In this document: positions 24,899 to 34,296 of the stretch, piece by piece
Numbering within the stretch: the stretch's first letter is position 1
Layout of the letters: every line of letters begins with the position of its first letter
Assembly (NCBI GenBank): GCA_030427245.1
Contig: JAUHXA010000001.1
Location: forward strand, 91,899-155,898
DNA length: 64,000 bases
Source: Bacteroidia bacterium
GTDB lineage: Bacteria > Bacteroidota > Bacteroidia > Chitinophagales > UBA2359
Direction of reading: 5' to 3'
Translations under genes and position numbers: made by a program
Notes under the pieces: generated by a model
What the model saw: the letters and a program-made list of their open reading frames with translations, nothing else
Databases searched by the model: none
Told to the model about the DNA's origin: nothing

Positions 24899-26005
24899 CT
24901 AAGAATAAGATTGCAATGTCCCTGCTCTACGAACATCAAGGGTAGCACAATGAAAGCCACCAATAAAAGGATAGTAATCCTCAAAATCACAAGGAATAGG
25001 CTGAAAGCCCCAGTTTTTTAATGCTTTGATTAAAGGCGCTTGTCGTTTTTCTACCACGATGCGTTTTTCATCCAACATTAAAGTATTGATGCTGATCCAG
25101 TTGCTCATTAATTGAGGACGTGTTTTAAATGGAACTGGATTGGGAGCAATGAGAATGTCCCAATTTTTGAATATTTTAGGTAATTTATTCACATCCGTAA
25201 AGGTTGGATTGACCAATACCTTTCCAGGAGCTAATAAAGCCATCGTAGTATCTATGTGCATCGGCTTCGGGTCAAGACTCTGGATGAGATGAATTGTATA
25301 GTCCTCCCCTAAATGACGTTGCAGCCAATCCACCCCTGCCTGATTGGTGACATGACTAAGCTGACCAATAATATCTCGACCACATCTAATGAAATCCGCA
25401 GCATCAAAAACAGGTTCAATATTCGTTAAGACATAAGGTGTAGGTGAATCAGGAGCAGTATAATTTGGATTGTATAAATTATCTGACAACAAGGGTCTGG
25501 GAGCAGCTACGATATGTGCGCCACTGATAGCATACTCTTTCCAAAGTTTTCGATAAGCTCTGGTTTCAAAAAAACGGGAACGAGAACACATCGGCGTTTC
25601 AATAATTTGATTACCGATAACCATAAACAAGTCCCGAGGATTAGCGCCACAAAATCCCCCTTCTGTATCCCAAAGTGGCGTAGCAAATTTTTGATTATAA
25701 TTTACCTCTTCTATATCTCGTACTTTAACGCCTTCCGCCTCAAGAATATGGACAAATCGTTCTCTCGCCTTCAACGCCCGATTAATATACTCCTCAGGAT
25801 AAGGTTGTTTTAGTTTTAAAAATGGCTCTATCTTTTGTAGGTCTTTTTGGCTATATAAATAATTATCAGTAGGGTCTCCGGGTGAGAAAAAAGCATTTTT
25901 TGGCGTTCCAACAATAACTTCTTCCAAGGTATCCCATTCATTATGGGAGCTAACGGTACTGTGCTGACGTACATCTGTTTCGGCAATTGCTAAACCAAGT
26001 TGCAT
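24899..26005 (-). CDS. Amidinotransferase (glycine/inosamine amidinotransferase family: AGAT, StrB1, CyrA-like)
   Basis: 368 aa. The N-terminal SSHNEWDTLEEVIVG and the C-terminal active-site Cys context GGFHCATLDVRR are hallmark strings of this family. Confidence 0.85.
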   Translation of the reverse strand: MQLGLAIAETDVRQHSTVSSHNEWDTLEEVIVGTPKNAFFSPGDPTDNYLYSQKDLQKIEPFLKLKQPYPEEYINRALKARERFVHILEAEGVKVRDIEEVNYNQKFATPLWDTEGGFCGANPRDLFMVIGNQIIETPMCSRSRFFETRAYRKLWKEYAISGAHIVAAPRPLLSDNLYNPNYTAPDSPTPYVLTNIEPVFDAADFIRCGRDIIGQLSHVTNQAGVDWLQRHLGEDYTIHLIQSLDPKPMHIDTTMALLAPGKVLVNPTFTDVNKLPKIFKNWDILIAPNPVPFKTRPQLMSNWISINTLMLDEKRIVVEKRQAPLIKALKNWGFQPIPCDFEDYYPFIGGFHCATLDVRRAGTLQSYS

Positions 26006-26318
26006 AGTAGTATTTTTTATAAATTTTGTAAGTAGGTATTCATTATTCTTTTCACAAAATCAATATTGTGATTCTGCCACACTATTGAAGTAGCGAACTA
26101 CGAAAGCACTCATCAAATATTGTTTTTTCAACATGAGCCTGATTCTCAAAAAATGACAAAGTATCCGACCGCAAGCCAATCCGAAATATCTTACAACCCA
26201 CAATATCAGAAAAGGCGATATTTGCCAATTTGACATTCGTTCACTGCAATTGGATGAAATAGTTTTGTAGTATTTAATCGGGCACTCAAATACTAGGAAG
26301 AATGAACTAATAACTCTC

Positions 26319-28064
26319 CTACCTCTTTTTCGCAAAATTCCCCAATTTCACTTCCATCATAGCTGCCGCAGCCTCTTCTGCTTGAATATAGTGTTCGTCA
26401 ATTTCTTTTTCTGTTAATTCTGATAACTGTCCTTTCTCCATAAATAAAATACGGTCAGCAATATGCCAGTATTCTTTATCATGAGAAACCACAAAAACCG
26501 TTTTATTCCGAGCTTTCAATTTAGATAGGATTTTATAATAATAGACATCCCGAAACCACGGGTCTAAGTCTGCCGCTACTTCATCATAAATATAAATGTC
26601 TTTATCTTCTAATATGGAAGTTGCCAAAGCCAAGCGTTTTTTTTGTCCACTGGATAAACTTATATTGCTAAAACCACCCTTACGGAAAACGGTCTTTTCA
26701 GGAGGCAAGTCTAATTCTATCAAGAGTTTGTTGACAATATCCTCATCAATACCTTCTAATCCATATAGTTTATCAAAAAGATGAAAGTCTGTAAAAATAA
26801 GTGTAAATAGTTCTCGATATTGATCATAGCTAGTAACGTCAATGTGTGTACCCATCTCTCCTTTTTCGATATTCCTATCTATATAAATTGTTCCTTTTTT
26901 AGGCATATAAAGCCCTATAAACATTTTTAAGAATGTAGATTTACCAGAACCATTGCCCCCTGTAATGAATATGAGTTCGCCTTTTTGAATGCTTAAATTA
27001 ATAGGTCCAACACTAAAGGCATTATTATTATATTGATAGCTCAAATTGTGAAGTTCGATTTGGTTTTTAAAACTTAATTTTTCCAACTCGTAGTCCATAT
27101 TTGCTTTTGAGGAAGTTTGTTTGTTTTGTTTCAGTTTTTTATTCAATTCTTTCTCTAATTCCAAAATATTATAAGCAGCATTATCTGCAATAAAAAAATT
27201 AACACTAGCATTCAAGATGGCTTCCAAGGGGCCCAAGATAAAAAATATAACAGCGATGGTTTTAATAATAGAATCTGCTTGTTCTTCATGGTAAAAAGGT
27301 AAAACAAACACAAGAATACACAAGGTTACATAGATGCAAGCTTGTGCATACACAAATTTATTGTTGAACATTTTCATTACAGAAATTCTTAATCGACTTT
27401 TTTCACCCAAGACCTTGGTATAGGTAGCAAAAACACTATTGTTCTTTTTTCTATTCACTCTTATTTCCTTGAATCCACCCAAGATATGATTGAATTTTTC
27501 AAAAAACTCTTTCTCCTTAATAGATTGTGATTTCCAATATTGCACAGAACGTTCATTATCCTCCAAAAAATTATACACTGCTAATAATACCCCTAGAAAA
27601 ACTAGCCCAAAAGCTGCAGGAGAAATAAAAAGCAAATAAATTAACATGAAACACACCATAAAAGCGGTTTGTGTGTTCCAAATAATAGCCGCAGACATAT
27701 TTGAAATATCAAGTGAATCTTGGGTCAGCCTTGTATAAATAGAAGGTATGCCCACATCTTCTAAAGTTGCTAGTTCTGTTTGGCGTATTTTATCGGTAAT
27801 TCGATAACGAATTCGATAAACGATATTTTCCATGACCTCACAAGCCATGTCAAGCGTATATTTTTTTGACATTAAAAATAGAAAACAACAAAGGATATAA
27901 ATTACGAAATATCGTTGTTGTATATTGTTATTAGCTACATTTTCGGCAGCCGAATGAACTACTTCAACGAGCATTATATTAGACAACCCTGCCAGTAGAG
28001 TTAAACCTAACAATTTAGTTTTGTGTGGTTTTAATTCGGATTTAACCAATTGCAATAGTTTCAT
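26319..28064 (-). CDS. ABC exporter, fused permease-ATPase, cyclic-peptide/siderophore exporter type (SyrD/PvdE-like)
   Basis: 581 aa with six N-terminal TM helices. Walker A is GGNGSGKST, the signature is LSSGQKKRL, and Walker B is IYIYDEVAADLD. Confidence 0.8.
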   Translation of the reverse strand: MKLLQLVKSELKPHKTKLLGLTLLAGLSNIMLVEVVHSAAENVANNNIQQRYFVIYILCCFLFLMSKKYTLDMACEVMENIVYRIRYRITDKIRQTELATLEDVGIPSIYTRLTQDSLDISNMSAAIIWNTQTAFMVCFMLIYLLFISPAAFGLVFLGVLLAVYNFLEDNERSVQYWKSQSIKEKEFFEKFNHILGGFKEIRVNRKKNNSVFATYTKVLGEKSRLRISVMKMFNNKFVYAQACIYVTLCILVFVLPFYHEEQADSIIKTIAVIFFILGPLEAILNASVNFFIADNAAYNILELEKELNKKLKQNKQTSSKANMDYELEKLSFKNQIELHNLSYQYNNNAFSVGPINLSIQKGELIFITGGNGSGKSTFLKMFIGLYMPKKGTIYIDRNIEKGEMGTHIDVTSYDQYRELFTLIFTDFHLFDKLYGLEGIDEDIVNKLLIELDLPPEKTVFRKGGFSNISLSSGQKKRLALATSILEDKDIYIYDEVAADLDPWFRDVYYYKILSKLKARNKTVFVVSHDKEYWHIADRILFMEKGQLSELTEKEIDEHYIQAEEAAAAMMEVKLGNFAKKR

Positions 28065-28149
28065 TTTCTATTTTTTTTACATTTCTTTCAAACCTCCATG
28101 TAAAGACGATAAACGCTCGCCTCCTCTTATTAAACATTAACTCACCTCT

Positions 28150-28803
28150 TTACACCTTTTTTCCAAAAATGAGGCTTCCAATTCTAACCATCGTACTTCC
28201 CTCTTCTATCGCAATCTTATAATCGCCTGACATTCCCATAGAGATTTCTTTAAAATCACTCTTTTCTTCAAAAAACTCATTCCTTAAAGTTTTAAAAATA
28301 TGATTCAAGTACTGAAATTCGTTCTTAATCTGCTGGTGCTCTTTCGTGAAAGTTGCCATCCCCATTACACCGATGATATTAATATGTGCAAACTTTTTAA
28401 ATTCTTCAGATTTTAATAAGGTTCGAGCTTCTTCTAAGTCCAACCCAAATTTGCTTTGCTCCTCAGCAATATGAAACTGTAACAAGCAATCAATTACACG
28501 CTTTTCTTTTTGGGCTTGCTTATTAATTTCCTTCAATAAGTTCATACTATCAACACCATGAATGAGTTTTACAAATGAAGCAATATATTTGACTTTATTG
28601 CGCTGTAAATGACCTATGAAATGCCAATCAATATCTTTTGGCATGTGTTCATATTTAGTGACTAATTCTTGTACTTTATTTTCACCAAATATTCTTTGAC
28701 CTTGATTGTAAATTTTTAGAATCTGTTCTGGTGATTTGGTTTTAGAAACAGCCACTAATTGTGTATCTGAATGATTAAATTCAGCTAAAATTTGTTGTAA
28801 CAT
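28150..28803 (-). CDS. yggS: YggS-family pyridoxal-phosphate-binding protein
   Basis: LVAVSKTKSPEQI...GENKVQE...WHFIGHLQRNKVKYI...MGMSGDY...GSTMVRIGSLIFG. The likely start is MLQQILAEF at 28803; the ORF track extends to 28866. Confidence 0.85.
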   Translation of the reverse strand: MLQQILAEFNHSDTQLVAVSKTKSPEQILKIYNQGQRIFGENKVQELVTKYEHMPKDIDWHFIGHLQRNKVKYIASFVKLIHGVDSMNLLKEINKQAQKEKRVIDCLLQFHIAEEQSKFGLDLEEARTLLKSEEFKKFAHINIIGVMGMATFTKEHQQIKNEFQYLNHIFKTLRNEFFEEKSDFKEISMGMSGDYKIAIEEGSTMVRIGSLIFGKKV

Positions 28804-30163
28804 AAAGTGTAGAGTTTTGATAATTTGTAGATTGATCCCCATCAAGTAAATAGAGAAAATGGTCATATCTTTCTCCGAGAAACCCTTTAGCTTTCTCTAG
28901 CATATCATCCATAGTTAAATCAGTAGGATATAAATCGAATAAATCTGACTTTCTGTACAAAGGAAATACCAGTGTCATAATCAGCACATAAAATAGGTGA
29001 TGATCCACTTTATAAGACATTCGACGTTCAATAGACCACTCTGTTAGAATTGCCTCTTTATGCCTTTGCAATAACATCCAATGTGGAATGAAATAATTCC
29101 ACAATCGTTTACTAACAGATTTTATTTCTTGTTCAGATGCCGTTGGAAAATAGCCCAATAACAATTCATATAATGGGTCAAAACGAAGTAGATTGGATAA
29201 GGTATAATCTCCTAAAACACTGGGATAAGCATATTTAGATAACATTCGATAAGCCGTTGAGCCTAAATCTCTTAATACCTCCAATGCTTGGGCTTCAGGT
29301 GGACGTATTTCTAAAGGCAAGCTAGAGTCTAAATCCGTCAAATAAACCTGTTTAGTTGCTCTATTAAATTCAAAATTAGCCCAACCAGAAGCATGACGGA
29401 ATAAGCCTGCTGCTGAAAAATCATGAATTATTTTTCCTACCTGCCTAGCCATATAGGTTAGTGTTTTCAACCTAGTGGTTTCCAATTCGGGATTCCCATC
29501 AATATGAATAGCCGCTCGAATCTCATCATAATAAGCATCTGCATGAGAATCTAAACCTCGTTTAACTGCCTTTCCGAATTGAATAGTAGATAAACGTTCT
29601 CCTCTTGATTCTGGTGCAAGACAAATAACAGCCCCCATTGGTTCACCCTCAAATTGATAATTGTCACTAAAACGGACGACCATTAATGGTATCGTACAAG
29701 GCACACCATGACGATAGAGTTGAACTGCATTTTTATATTCTCTTAAAGCTCTTTCATACGTAATGCCACCTAGTGGCGCAGGCTTACTATAAGCTGTCGT
29801 ATACTCCCCTGTTACTGTTAATCCGAAATGGGGATAGGTTAATAAACTTTCAAAGGCAATTTCATTAGAAGGATATGTCGGTTTCTCAGCAATGGTTTGG
29901 TTAAGCGCATAATTGTATTTTTTAGTTTTACCTACTGGATTCCAGTAAGCTACGCCTTTCATTTTAGCTGCTCTTAAGATTGGATTTCGTGCGCCTTCTG
30001 CAAGGGCATCTTCTTTTAAAACATACCAAGCAGTCCGTCCCGGAGCTATAAAAGGCGGTACTTCTTCCCATTCTAAAAAGGCTAACAGTTGCTCATAATC
30101 TTTAGGAGATATGTGAACGCCATCAAATTGATGCGTTATCGTTACATTGTATTTTTTTTTCAT
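28781..30163 (-). CDS. Hypothetical 460-aa protein, possibly protein-kinase-like fold with atypical catalytic loop
   Basis: ERALREYKNAVQLYRHGVPCTIPL resembles the Kdo/WaaP/RIO-type helix-plus-strand segment. LFRHASGWANFEF....VYLTDLDSS resembles an HxDxxxxN...DxD arrangement with the Asp replaced. This is a weak, by-eye call only. Confidence 0.6.
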   Translation of the reverse strand: MKKKYNVTITHQFDGVHISPKDYEQLLAFLEWEEVPPFIAPGRTAWYVLKEDALAEGARNPILRAAKMKGVAYWNPVGKTKKYNYALNQTIAEKPTYPSNEIAFESLLTYPHFGLTVTGEYTTAYSKPAPLGGITYERALREYKNAVQLYRHGVPCTIPLMVVRFSDNYQFEGEPMGAVICLAPESRGERLSTIQFGKAVKRGLDSHADAYYDEIRAAIHIDGNPELETTRLKTLTYMARQVGKIIHDFSAAGLFRHASGWANFEFNRATKQVYLTDLDSSLPLEIRPPEAQALEVLRDLGSTAYRMLSKYAYPSVLGDYTLSNLLRFDPLYELLLGYFPTASEQEIKSVSKRLWNYFIPHWMLLQRHKEAILTEWSIERRMSYKVDHHLFYVLIMTLVFPLYRKSDLFDLYPTDLTMDDMLEKAKGFLGERYDHFLYLLDGDQSTNYQNSTLYVTTNFS

Positions 30164-30215
30164 GTTATATGTTTAGAAATAACCAAATAGTGTTCAATTA
30201 CTTTTCACTGTAGAA

Positions 30216-31190
30216 TCAATTACATAAACCTTTAACAGCCGCCTCCAAAACTTCCCAAGCAGCTTCTGCCATAGCATTGCCTTTGTCATCCTCTAATGGA
30301 TTGACTTCGCAGATTTCTAGGCAACAGACTTTGGGGTTATTCGTGAAAATGTACATCATATCAACCACTTCATTCAGATAAAAGCCATTGGGTTCTGGTG
30401 TGCCTGTTCCTTTTGAAACCACATCACAATCGAAACTATCTACATCAAAAGAGATAAACAACCTATCGCAATTTTTTAAGTGTTCATTTACAGCAGCAGT
30501 TAAAGCAAGGACACCTTGCGCCCGAACTTCTTCTACGCTATGCAATTGGATATTCAAATCCTTGATGATAATAGAATGTTCGGGTTTGAAATAACGAACA
30601 CCAATTAAGACCACATCTTCTGGTAATACTTTAGGAACAATACCTCCTAATTCTTTGAGGTGGTTCCATTGTCGCTGAATAGATATGGGTACGTCATTAG
30701 GTGCTTTATTCAATAGTTTTCTTGCTTCATCATCCAAAGCTAAGGAAACCCCCAAGGGCATACCGTGCATATTTCCCGAATAGGTTGTATAAGGAGCGTG
30801 CAAATCACTATGTGCATCTATCCAAATAATACCCAAACGATCTTCTGGATAAGCTTGCTTTATACCTGCAATGACCCCTGCAGCCGAAGAATGGTCAGCA
30901 GAGAGAACAATGGGAAAATGATTGTCCTCCAATACATCGGAAAGGGTATTACAAACTGTTTGACAATTTTCAAGTATATATTTTATTCGTTTTGCTTTTT
31001 CATAAGCTGGCTTTTTCTTTTTTTTAGATAAAATGCTATTTCGGTCAGGCAGTCTTACTATTTCTTTTCCTATAAAAAAAGAACTGCCCATCTTATCCGC
31101 TGCAAGTTTAATTGCTGCTGGACCTAAACAAGCACCACGTTTAGCACAACCCACTTCAGAAGGCACTTCGATAATTTTAAAGTTCTTCAT
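30216..31190 (-). CDS. Ureohydrolase (arginase/agmatinase/guanidino-acid hydrolase family)
   Basis: Mn-binding motifs SADHSSAAG, WIDAHSDLH and SFDVDSFDCD, followed by GTGTPEPNGF. Confidence 0.85.
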   Translation of the reverse strand: MKNFKIIEVPSEVGCAKRGACLGPAAIKLAADKMGSSFFIGKEIVRLPDRNSILSKKKKKPAYEKAKRIKYILENCQTVCNTLSDVLEDNHFPIVLSADHSSAAGVIAGIKQAYPEDRLGIIWIDAHSDLHAPYTTYSGNMHGMPLGVSLALDDEARKLLNKAPNDVPISIQRQWNHLKELGGIVPKVLPEDVVLIGVRYFKPEHSIIIKDLNIQLHSVEEVRAQGVLALTAAVNEHLKNCDRLFISFDVDSFDCDVVSKGTGTPEPNGFYLNEVVDMMYIFTNNPKVCCLEICEVNPLEDDKGNAMAEAAWEVLEAAVKGLCN

Positions 31191-31230
31191 AATACTTTTA
31201 TGATTTTATAATGGAGGACTATAAGATTTC

Positions 31231-31665
31231 TTATACCTTTTTTGAAAGTACTTTTAGCATTGCTTCAAGTGCAATAAAATAAGAATCTATCCCAAAACCT
31301 TGTATCATACCTAACGCAGCCTCGGACATGACTGAACGAATATTCCGCTGATCAATATTGGTTAGGTGAATTTCTATATAAGGTGGTTTGACATATTTCA
31401 AACAGTCTCTTAAAGCGTAAGCATTATAAGTAAAACCTGCTGGATTGGCTAGAATGCCATCTACACCTGCCTCTACACTTTCGTAAACCTTATTGATGGC
31501 TTCCCCTTCAAGGTTGGTATAGAAAATTTCTAAGTCATAGTTGAAGGATAGAGCATGCTGTTTTAAAAGCGTATCTAATTGTTCTGCTGTTGTAGCACCA
31601 TAGGTATTACCTTGTCTATTGCCTAAAGAATTTAGATTGGCACCTTGTACTAAAAGAAGTTTCAT
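31231..31665 (-). CDS. Type II 3-dehydroquinate dehydratase-like protein (divergent)
   Basis: 144 aa. QGANLNSLGNRQGNTYG corresponds to the GPNLN.LG.RE...YG motif, and IEIHLTNI to EVH.SN. The usual THTS segment reads TYNA here. Confidence 0.75.
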   Translation of the reverse strand: MKLLLVQGANLNSLGNRQGNTYGATTAEQLDTLLKQHALSFNYDLEIFYTNLEGEAINKVYESVEAGVDGILANPAGFTYNAYALRDCLKYVKPPYIEIHLTNIDQRNIRSVMSEAALGMIQGFGIDSYFIALEAMLKVLSKKV

Positions 31666-31669
31666 ATTT

Positions 31670-32647
31670 TTAATTGGTAGAGCTGACTACTGATTGGAAA
31701 CCAATATCCGCCAAAGTTTTATTTAATTGATTATTAGGAATTTGTTGAATAAAATTCAAACTCTCTGCACCATATCTATCCCAAATCATTTTTACCCAAC
31801 CTTGTTCCAAGTTTTTTCTCCCCGAATGCTTGAACAAATAAGCATATTCTGGTGAATTATCTAATTCAATCAAATCATGAAGATTAACAGACCCTAATTG
31901 AATATCTGTTCGCTTGTCGTGAAGTAAAGCCAAAAGGTCTGAAAGTTTGGTATTACCTCCGCCAAAACTATAGCCCTTGATAGAAGCATCTAAAAACTCA
32001 ACACCTGCTGAAAGAGCTGCTTTAACATTCTCAATTGCTAATCCTTGATTATTATGTCCGTGAAATCCAAGTGGCTTACCCCATATCTTCCCTAATAAAT
32101 CGAATATTTCAAAAGCACGGTCAGGTTGAAGTGTTCCTCTTGAATCTGCGATATAAAGCATATCTACACAATCTTTAGCCATCACTTTGTCCAACATCCA
32201 TAGAATCTCATCATTTGTAAAAGAGGTAATACTCGTAAAGTTGAAACTGGTAAATATGTCAAACTTTTTGACATTTGCTATCATCTCTAATTCCCGCTCA
32301 AAAGCCTCTTCGGTGCAGGCCATTCTAATCATATCTATATGGTCTGCTGTTTTTTCTAACATTTCCAGATAATTATCTCCATCATCAGACCGAAGCATGA
32401 CCGCCATTTTTGTTTCAGGACGCAATTTGCTTCTAAGTAATTTTAAATAACTTTCCGAACATTGCAGGGCAATCGGTTTGGTGGTATCGCTATGTAAATA
32501 ACCGACTTCGATAATATCAATGCCGATATGAGAAAGTGCTGTCACCATATTGATAATGTCTTGATTATCAAAATACCAGTCGTTTAAATAGCCACCATCA
32601 CGAATGGTTACATCAAGAATTACAGGTTTTTTATTAGGAATTATCAT
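31670..32647 (-). CDS. HMGL-like (pyruvate carboxyltransferase/aldolase TIM-barrel) enzyme
   Basis: N-terminal DVTIRDGGY (the D.T.RDG motif of the HMGL-like family), with a later HGHNNQGLA. Confidence 0.7.
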   Translation of the reverse strand: MIIPNKKPVILDVTIRDGGYLNDWYFDNQDIINMVTALSHIGIDIIEVGYLHSDTTKPIALQCSESYLKLLRSKLRPETKMAVMLRSDDGDNYLEMLEKTADHIDMIRMACTEEAFERELEMIANVKKFDIFTSFNFTSITSFTNDEILWMLDKVMAKDCVDMLYIADSRGTLQPDRAFEIFDLLGKIWGKPLGFHGHNNQGLAIENVKAALSAGVEFLDASIKGYSFGGGNTKLSDLLALLHDKRTDIQLGSVNLHDLIELDNSPEYAYLFKHSGRKNLEQGWVKMIWDRYGAESLNFIQQIPNNQLNKTLADIGFQSVVSSTN

Positions 32648-32708
32648 AAGTCGTATTTTTTTAAATGACTGAAATTTGATTTACACCCAACTAGGTAATT
32701 CATACTCA

Positions 32709-33626
32709 TCAACTAACCTCCCATTGACGCATATAATTCGCAAGCGTATTTGTAAATATATCGGATCTTCGGAGATCTGATTCTTTAGTATTCCATGCCC
32801 GGCAAGGACTTGTAATTAAATTGGGCAAGGCTTTATATTTATTATCTGGACGCATCAAATCAAGACAGGCAGCTGAAAGTTTACCGTTCTCTAAGGCCTT
32901 CTTTAAAGCATCAAATTCTATTAATTTTTCTGGACACACATTAATCAAAATAGCACCTGTTTTTATTTTAGAAAATGCCTGTTCATCAAGAATATGTTTT
33001 GAATAATCCGTAAGTGGTAGTACTAGAAAAATGACATCACTTTTTTTGAGTAAGGTATCTAAATCCGTTTGCTTTCCAAGTTCCGACATCATTTTAGTCC
33101 GTCGATGATAATAGACCTCCATGCCCAAGCCATTAAGTATTTTGGCTATTCGTTGCCCAATATCTCCAAAACCAATGATGCCTGCTTTTTTTTGATACAA
33201 TTCTATTGAAGGCTGTGCAAAAGAATAGAAATCGTTTTTTGTTATTTTGCCATTCAATGCAACTATATTTTTAGCGGCGGCCAGCATTAAAGCAACAGCG
33301 TGTTCTGCTACCGCAGGACCAGAAAACTTTGGTGTATTTAATATTTTGATTCCATTTTTTTGGCAATAAGATTTATCTATAAATGTCGTACTTGTCGTCA
33401 TCGTAATGATTAATTCTAAATGCGGCAATTTTTGTAAGTTGGTAGCATTCAAATTTAGATAACGTGCTATTAAAATTTGTGTATCTTGATGCCGATCCAA
33501 GACAGATGCCAAAGATGTCGCAACCGATTCGTCCTGCACCCAACTGACGACAATATTTGGAATATGGTCAAATAAACCCTCTGGAAAAGGAATTTTGTCA
33601 TTCAGAAATAAACACTTTTTAACCAT
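32709..33626 (-). CDS. D-isomer-specific 2-hydroxyacid dehydrogenase (NAD-binding)
   Basis: GIIGFGDIGQRIAKIL Rossmann motif. 305 aa. It overlaps the upstream methyltransferase gene by 8 nt. Confidence 0.8.
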   Translation of the reverse strand: MVKKCLFLNDKIPFPEGLFDHIPNIVVSWVQDESVATSLASVLDRHQDTQILIARYLNLNATNLQKLPHLELIITMTTSTTFIDKSYCQKNGIKILNTPKFSGPAVAEHAVALMLAAAKNIVALNGKITKNDFYSFAQPSIELYQKKAGIIGFGDIGQRIAKILNGLGMEVYYHRRTKMMSELGKQTDLDTLLKKSDVIFLVLPLTDYSKHILDEQAFSKIKTGAILINVCPEKLIEFDALKKALENGKLSAACLDLMRPDNKYKALPNLITSPCRAWNTKESDLRRSDIFTNTLANYMRQWEVS

Positions 33627-34251
33627 TCGTCAGTATTTTTTTTTGGGTATTAGGAATCGAAAAAGCCCAGTAATGAGCATCCGCTTCATTTCCTAGATAA
33701 GGTTTATTCATTCTCTTTTCTATTAACTTTAAATGCTTCATTTGTTCCATCTTTTTGTAATATCCCTCAAAGTCATAAGTATTACAATACGTTGTTTTTG
33801 TATTCATAATAATTAAACCGCCTGGTTTAGTTACTCGAATTAACCAATTTAAAGCTTCTGGCTTTACGAAATCAAGCGCAAACACCCCACAACAAATAGT
33901 AATATCGTACTGATTAAGTAGAAAAAACGGCAATTCCTTATTCAAATCACACCATCCGATAAGCGTTTGATAAGCTTTAGTTTGATAGGCTTCCAAGAGC
34001 ATTCCCTGAGAATAGTCAATGCCATCAAGATGTAAAAATCCTTCTCGTTTTAAGGCTTTTCCTACTAAACCTGTACCGCATCCAACATCCAATACTTTGG
34101 TAGCAGGATGATGTGGTACTATACTTGTCTTTTGAGCCGTCACCAGTTCTAAAAGAAAGGAAACCATATATTCAGGTCCTACATAGCCTCTTGCTCTTAC
34201 ATTTTTGTCATAATTTGGTGCAAACTCATCGTATTCTTCTTTTTTCCGCAT
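33619..34251 (-). CDS. Class I SAM-dependent methyltransferase
   Basis: Motif I is KVLDVGCGTGLVG, with post-I DGIDYS and motif II/III context ...KPGGLIIMN. Confidence 0.8.
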   Translation of the reverse strand: MRKKEEYDEFAPNYDKNVRARGYVGPEYMVSFLLELVTAQKTSIVPHHPATKVLDVGCGTGLVGKALKREGFLHLDGIDYSQGMLLEAYQTKAYQTLIGWCDLNKELPFFLLNQYDITICCGVFALDFVKPEALNWLIRVTKPGGLIIMNTKTTYCNTYDFEGYYKKMEQMKHLKLIEKRMNKPYLGNEADAHYWAFSIPNTQKKILTNG

Positions 34252-34296
34252 ATTTTTTTTTTGTAGCTATAAATTAGTGAAGTAGGAAATACATTT

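Noticed and set aside
22693-24990. 92-nt overlap between the P-type ATPase ORF and the amidinotransferase gene
   Set aside because: An internal ATG at 24879 (MFITGTIIAG...) removes the overlap and leaves all TM and catalytic regions intact, so the longer ORF is probably just upstream open frame.
26060-26335. 91-aa ORF in the gap between the ABC exporter and the amidinotransferase
   Set aside because: It overlaps the 3' end of the exporter gene, has odd composition (Arg/Cys/Phe-rich) and has no motif. I treat it as non-coding leader sequence.
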